From Burkholderiales bacterium (GTDB taxonomy: Bacteria > Pseudomonadota > Gammaproteobacteria > Burkholderiales > SG8-39), in the NCBI GenBank assembly GCA_035607175.1, contig DATNCP010000162.1:18362-82361 (forward strand): a DNA stretch of 64,000 nucleotides, written 5' to 3'. The notes beneath the pieces were generated by a model that was not told the origin of the DNA, did no database searches, and was given only the letters and a program-made list of their open reading frames with translations. Shown here piece by piece: positions 56,092-64,000 of the stretch; position 1 is the stretch's first letter, and every line of letters begins with the position of its first letter. The position numbers and the translations under genes were made by a program.

Positions 56092-56127
56092 CTTCCGAGG
56101 GAAAACACCGTCTTTCCCCTCGGAAAG
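56092..56127. promoter_or_regulatory. imperfect inverted repeat upstream of pdxH
   Basis: CTTCCGAGGGAAAA - 6-7 nt - TTTCCCCTCGGAAAG. It lies 28-63 nt upstream of the pdxH ATG on the minus strand. Confidence 0.4.
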
Positions 56128-56130
56128 TCG

Positions 56131-56159
56131 TTGACACGCCACTCTGGATTCGGCATCTT
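56131..56159 (+). promoter_or_regulatory. candidate promoter for the SWIB gene
   Basis: Perfect TTGACA at 56131-56136, a 17-nt spacer, then a weak -10 CATCTT. Confidence 0.3.
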
Positions 56160-56231
56160 CACGTCTCCGCTGCAGACCAGCGGGGAAATTTCCGGATCGA
56201 ACAACGTACACCGTTTAGAGGAGAAACCGAG

Positions 56232-56519
56232 ATGGCGAAGAAGAAGGCGAAGAAGGCAGGCAAGAAGCGTAAGCCGAATGCGGCTTTCATGAAGCCGATG
56301 AATCCGACCGGGCCGCTCGCGGCCGTAGTCGGGTCCAGCGCGATGCCGCGCACCGAAGTGACGAAGAAGATCTGGGGCTACATCAAGCGCAACGGCCTCC
56401 AGGACAAGAAGAACAGGCGCATGATCAACGCGGACGAAAAGCTCAAGCCCGTGTTCTCCGGGAAGAGCCAGGTGTCGATGTTCGAGATGACCAAGCTCGT
56501 CAGCCGGTTCCTCAAGTAA
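56232..56519 (+). CDS. SWIB/MDM2 domain protein with Lys-rich N-terminal tail
   Basis: MAKKKAKKAGKKRKPNAAFMKP tail, then LAAVVGSSAMPRTEVTKKIWGYIKRNGLQD...I..D.KL..VF, the SWIB pattern. Confidence 0.75.
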   Translation: MAKKKAKKAGKKRKPNAAFMKPMNPTGPLAAVVGSSAMPRTEVTKKIWGYIKRNGLQDKKNRRMINADEKLKPVFSGKSQVSMFEMTKLVSRFLK

Positions 56520-56538
56520 CCGCTTTCCGAGGCAGTTC

Positions 56539-56564
56539 ACAAGGCCGGGAGATCCCCGGCCTTG

Positions 56565-56565
<1 letters not shown>
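56539..56565. terminator. hairpin between the convergent SWIB gene and fbp (putative bidirectional terminator)
   Basis: Perfect 11-bp stem ACAAGGCCGGG / CCCGGCCTTGT with a 5-nt loop. There is only a weak T tract (CATTTCT) on the plus side. The right arm touches the fbp stop codon. Confidence 0.5.
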
Positions 56566-57577
<1,012 letters not shown>

Positions 57578-57581
<4 letters not shown>

Positions 57582-58711
57582 TTTACTTGCTGTTTCGCGT
57601 ACCAGCCGCCGCCGAGGAGCAGCGCGGCGAGCAGCCAGAACGCGGGCGCCACGCCGAACGCGGCGCTGATCGCGCCCGAGACGAGCGGGATCAGGGTATG
57701 GCTGCCGTTGAGGAGCGAAGTGCGCAGGCCCACCGCCTCGCCCTGCCGCCCGGGCGGCGAGGCCTCGTAGAGCTGCGACATGATGATCGGCTGCGCCGAG
57801 CCGAGGCCCATGCCGAGGATGAACGACAGCAGCATGAGGAGCGGCACCGCCTCGACCAGCGGCAGGACCAGGTAGGCCGAGCCCGCGACGGCCATCGCGG
57901 CGGCGATCACCACCCACTGCTTCAGCCGCTTGATGAGGATCGGCATGGTGAGCCGCACGGTGAAAGTGGCGAGCGCGAACGTGGAGAGGATCATGCCGAT
58001 GGTCGTCGCCGCGAGGCCGAGCGACGCGCCATAGAGCGGCAGGAGGAAGGTGTAGAGGTCCCAGCCCATGGCGAGCGTCGCGCTGACGATGAAGGTGCGG
58101 CGCAGCGGCGCGATGCGCAGCAGGTCCAGCACGCTCGAGTTGGCCAGCGGAGCGCCGTGGCGCACGGGGCGCGGCAGCGGGCGCTTGCGCAGGAGCAGCA
58201 GGGCGAAGGCCGCGACCGGGAAGATGGCGAGGATCAGGAAGGCCTGCGAGTGCCCGAGTCCGTCGATGGCGAACCCGGCGATCAGCGGGCCGATCGAGTT
58301 CGAGATCGAGAAGCCCAGCGCGAGCCAGGAGAAGTTCACCGCGCGCTGCTCCGGCGAGCCGTGCGCGCCGAACACGCTGTTCATGGCGATGTGCGTGACC
58401 ATGAACGAGGTGCCGACCAGCGTGGTGGAGACGTAGAGCACGCTGACGGAGGGGAAGAGGAAAGGCAGCACGGTGGCGCAGGCGAGCATCGCGAGCGCGA
58501 AGAGCAGCGGCCGGCGCGGCCCGGTGCGGTCGATGAGGCGGCCCGCGCTGACCGAGAGGAGCATCGGCAGCAGCGCGAACAGCGCCATGAGGAGGCCGAC
58601 GGTGAAGCGCGATGCGCCGAGCTCGAGCGCGAACAACGTCGTCGTCATGCGGCTGCCGACGAAGGCGAGGTGGCCCAGTCCGTTCAGGAGGACGAAGTAG
58701 ACGAGTTCCAT
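57578..58711 (-). CDS. MFS transporter
   Basis: 12 predicted hydrophobic helices. 377 aa. Confidence 0.8.
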
Positions 58712-58823
58712 CGCGGGGTCCGGACCGTCATCGCTACGGCGAACACCGGTGGAAGGTACATCATGCGGACCCGCGTGGCCTGCCGTGCCGCAGCAGCCGC
58801 CACGGCGCCACCACCCCGAGGAT

Positions 58824-61601
<2,778 letters not shown>

Positions 61602-61674
61602 GCGCGCGCAGTGTAATCCGCGCGTTGCGCCGGGGCGGGGTTGTTACACGACTGAAACGATTGAAACCGGGGGG

Positions 61675-62376
61675 TTACTTGGCGGGGATGAACATGTAGC
61701 CCGCGCCGCGCACCGTCTTGATCACCCGCGGCCGCGCCGGGTCGTCTTCCACCTTGCGCCGCAGCCGGGTGATGCGGATGTCGATCGAGCGGTCGAAGGG
61801 CTCCCACTCGCGGTTGCGGGTCATGCTGAGCAGCTGGTCGCGCGAGAGAACCTGGTTCGGGTGCTCGACCAGTGCCTTGAGCAGCTCGAACTCCATCGAC
61901 GTGATCGGGATCTCGCGGCCCCGGGCGTCGCTCAGGGCGCGCGCCTTGAGGTCGAGGAAGCAGCTGCCGATGCCGACGCGGCTGTCCGGTTTCGAAGTCG
62001 CTTTTTTCTCGAGGCGGCGCAGCACGCTCTTCAGCCGGGCACGCAGCTCGCGCGGGTCGAACGGCTTGGCGATGTAATCGTCGGCGCCGACCTCGAGGCC
62101 GGCGACGCGGTCGACCACGTCGGAAGCGCCGGTCACCATGATGATGCCGACCTCGTAGCGTTCGCGCAGGAAGCGCGCCAGCGTCAGCCCGTCCTCGCCG
62201 GGCAGGCCGATGTCGAGCAGGACGACCGCCGGGCGCGCGCGCTCCATCTCGGCGCGCATCGCTTCGCCGCTCCCCGCCTGCGCCACCACGTAGCCGTGAT
62301 CGGCGAGATAGTCGGCCAGCATCTCCCTGATTGCCGGATCGTCGTCGACGACCAGCACTCTCGTCGCTTCCATCAC
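61675..62376 (-). CDS. OmpR-family response regulator
   Basis: VLVVDDD...VVLLDIGLPGEDG REC domain plus the winged-helix LTSMEFELLKAL...TVRGAGYMF. Confidence 0.9.
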   Translation of the reverse strand: MMEATRVLVVDDDPAIREMLADYLADHGYVVAQAGSGEAMRAEMERARPAVVLLDIGLPGEDGLTLARFLRERYEVGIIMVTGASDVVDRVAGLEVGADDYIAKPFDPRELRARLKSVLRRLEKKATSKPDSRVGIGSCFLDLKARALSDARGREIPITSMEFELLKALVEHPNQVLSRDQLLSMTRNREWEPFDRSIDIRITRLRRKVEDDPARPRVIKTVRGAGYMFIPAK

Positions 62377-62418
62377 CGCTCCCTCTGCGAACGATTATAC
62401 AAGCCGGAAACAAATCGT

Positions 62419-62432
62419 TTCCCGAGGGAAAT
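62419..62432. promoter_or_regulatory. palindromic element TTTCCC-GA-GGGAAA in the response-regulator/DUF1127 divergent region
   Basis: It shares the exact 10-mer CCGAGGGAAA with the element at 56095-56104. Confidence 0.35.
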
Positions 62433-62493
62433 ACGCCGGACACGTCGCGCGCCTAGTCTGAGCGGCGTCGAACTACTGAGCAAGGAGCAGCAC

Positions 62494-62754
62494 ATGAGGA
62501 ACATGCTGGCATGGTGGATCCGGTTGCACCGCAGGGGCGCGGCGATGGCTCTGCCGCGCGCGCGGCAGGTCTACGAAGCGGTCAAGCGCGCCCACCAGGC
62601 GCGCGCCGACCGCGAGATCCTCGCCCGGCTCGACTCGCGCACGCTGCGCGACATCGGCATCGATTCCTGGAACACGCACCTCGCCGAGCGCGTGGAGCTG
62701 CAGCGGCAGCAGCGGTTGCTGCGGCTCGCGGCGGCGCGGATCGGGATGTACTGA
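62494..62754 (+). CDS. DUF1127-like small protein
   Basis: ATG 62494 lies 6 nt after AAGGAG. The ILARLDSRTLRDIGID motif is typical of DUF1127. Confidence 0.6.
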   Translation: MRNMLAWWIRLHRRGAAMALPRARQVYEAVKRAHQARADREILARLDSRTLRDIGIDSWNTHLAERVELQRQQRLLRLAAARIGMY

Positions 62755-63011
62755 TGAACGCGCTGCTGAAGCAGGACCGCGTGCTGCGCCTCGAAAAGCC
62801 AGCCGGGCTCGTGGTCGAGGTGTCCAAAGGCGAGGTGTGGCTCACGCAGGAGCGCGATCCCCGCGACTACTTCCTTCGCGCCGGCGACTGGCTGCGCATC
62901 GACCGCCCCGGGACCGTCGTCATCTCGGCAGTAGGCAGCGATGCGTGGGTCGCGCTGACCACGCTGCATTCACGGCCCGGCCGGGTCGCTCTCTCCGCCG
63001 TGCCGGCATGA
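62754..63011 (+). CDS. DUF2917-like small protein
   Basis: ATG 62754 overlaps the upstream TGA. GEVWLTQERDPRDYFLRAGDWL is the pattern I recall for DUF2917. Confidence 0.5.
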   Translation: MNALLKQDRVLRLEKPAGLVVEVSKGEVWLTQERDPRDYFLRAGDWLRIDRPGTVVISAVGSDAWVALTTLHSRPGRVALSAVPA

Positions 63012-63106
63012 TCAGCGAGCTCACCCTGGGGCACCTCCAACCCTCCTCCTCGCCCCGGGGTGAGCTTCGCTACCCGATCCGAACGACTCCAATTTCCGGG
63101 ACCCGC

Positions 63107-63529
63107 ATGACACCCCGCCAGGTCGCTCTCGTCCAAGGGAGCTGGAAGGACGTACTCGCCGTGGCCGAAACGGCCGCGCAGCTTTTCTATCTGCGGCTCT
63201 TCGTCCTCGATCCGTCGCTACGGCCGATGTTCAAGGGCGACATGCGCGAGCAGGGGCGCAAGCTGATCGCCATGATGAGCGTGGCCGTCAACGGGCTGGA
63301 GCGCATCGAGACGCTGACGCCGGTGGTCGAGGTCCTCGGCCGCCGCCATGGCGGCTACGGCGTCAAGGACGAGCACTACGCCACCGTCGCGGCGGCGCTG
63401 CTTTGGGCTCTCGAGCAAAGTCTGGGCGCGCGCTTTACCCCCGACGTGAGGGAGGCCTGGGCCGCCGCCTACGGGCTGCTCGCCAGCACCATGCAGGGCG
63501 CGGCACGACAGGAAGCGAAGGCCGCGTAG
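63107..63529 (+). CDS. single-domain globin (sensor-globin-like)
   Basis: VALVQGSWKDV...AAQLFYLRLFVLDPSLRPMFKGDM...LGRRHGGYGV, with a proximal His. 140 aa. Confidence 0.7.
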   Translation: MTPRQVALVQGSWKDVLAVAETAAQLFYLRLFVLDPSLRPMFKGDMREQGRKLIAMMSVAVNGLERIETLTPVVEVLGRRHGGYGVKDEHYATVAAALLWALEQSLGARFTPDVREAWAAAYGLLASTMQGAARQEAKAA

Positions 63530-64000
63530 TGAGGACCAATCGCAAGGGGCTGCCGCAGCTTGGCGGCGGCCTCTTCATTACCGACGGTGGCATCGAGACC
63601 GCGCTGATCTTCAACGACGGGATCGAGCTGCCCGATTTCGCCGCCTTCGACCTCTTCCGGCGCAAGGGCGGCGAGATCGCGCTGCGCAAGTACTACGACG
63701 AGTACGTCCGCATCGCCGCGCAGTTCCGCGCCGGGATCGTGCTCGAGAGCGCCACCTGGCGCGCGAGCGCCGACTGGGGTGACAAGCTCGGCTACAGCCG
63801 GCTCGAGCTCGCGACCGCGAACCGCAAGGCGATCCGGCTGCTCGAGGATATCCGCGGCGGTTGCCGCGAGCTGACCGCGATGATCAGCGGCTGCGTCGGC
63901 CCGCGCGGCGACGGCTACAGCCCGAGCCGCGTCATGCCGGCCGGCGAGGCGCAGCGCTATCACCGCGCGCAGGTCGACACCTTCGCCGACAGCGGCGCCG
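63529..64000 (+). CDS. homocysteine S-methyltransferase family protein (3' end outside window)
   Basis: GTG 63529 overlaps the globin TAG (TAGTG). FITDGGIETALIF...ESATWRAS...GCVGPRGDGY resembles the Hcy-binding domain. The frame is open to the window end. Confidence 0.65.
   Translation, partial: MRTNRKGLPQLGGGLFITDGGIETALIFNDGIELPDFAAFDLFRRKGGEIALRKYYDEYVRIAAQFRAGIVLESATWRASADWGDKLGYSRLELATANRKAIRLLEDIRGGCRELTAMISGCVGPRGDGYSPSRVMPAGEAQRYHRAQVDTFADSGA

Noticed and set aside
54503-56137. 544-aa ORF spanning the kinase and pdxH.
   Set aside because: The upstream half is an out-of-frame shadow over pdxH. The kinase-like sequence begins at ATG 55459 (MEDQAARTV...).

Overview
This is a very GC-rich chromosomal segment; third codon positions in real genes are almost all G/C. 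Four orphan Bug/TctC-type binding proteins give it a Burkholderiales-like flavour. I call about 58 tightly packed protein genes, many with ATGA/GTGA start-stop overlaps. I saw no rRNA, tRNA, CRISPR array, transposase, integrase or phage genes, so this is not an obvious mobile island.

Content, left to right:
- Small catabolic and transport operons built around TctC-like binding proteins.
- Three paralogous c-di-GMP turnover proteins: one CHASE-input protein and a tandem pair of giant REC-(PAS/GAF)n-GGDEF-EAL proteins of about 1552 and 2125 aa.
- A MarR-EthD-cupin-HpaB-DUF2848 operon.
- An 11-gene minus-strand operon: GcvT-like, LivKHMGF-type ABC importer, bicupin dioxygenase, Rieske oxygenase, glutamine-synthetase-like, FkbM methyltransferase, 2OG-oxygenase-like.
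- An aryl-CoA ligase, diiron oxygenase, TctC and sulfatase group.
- fbp, an MFS transporter, a hybrid histidine kinase with an OmpR-type regulator, a DUF1127/DUF2917 pair, and a globin.

The most unusual locus is a compact seven-gene minus-strand unit at 49950-56064: pdxH, an APH/MtnK-fold kinase, a divergent enolase paralogue, a D-2-hydroxyacid dehydrogenase, kaiC, kaiB, and a PAS protein with an H-box-like helical hairpin but no ATPase domain. A small pseudo-receiver-like ORF abuts it tail-to-tail.

All domain calls were made by eye from the translated ORFs and remembered family motifs. No database search was run. Start codons are often uncertain because of the GC-rich ORF shadows.
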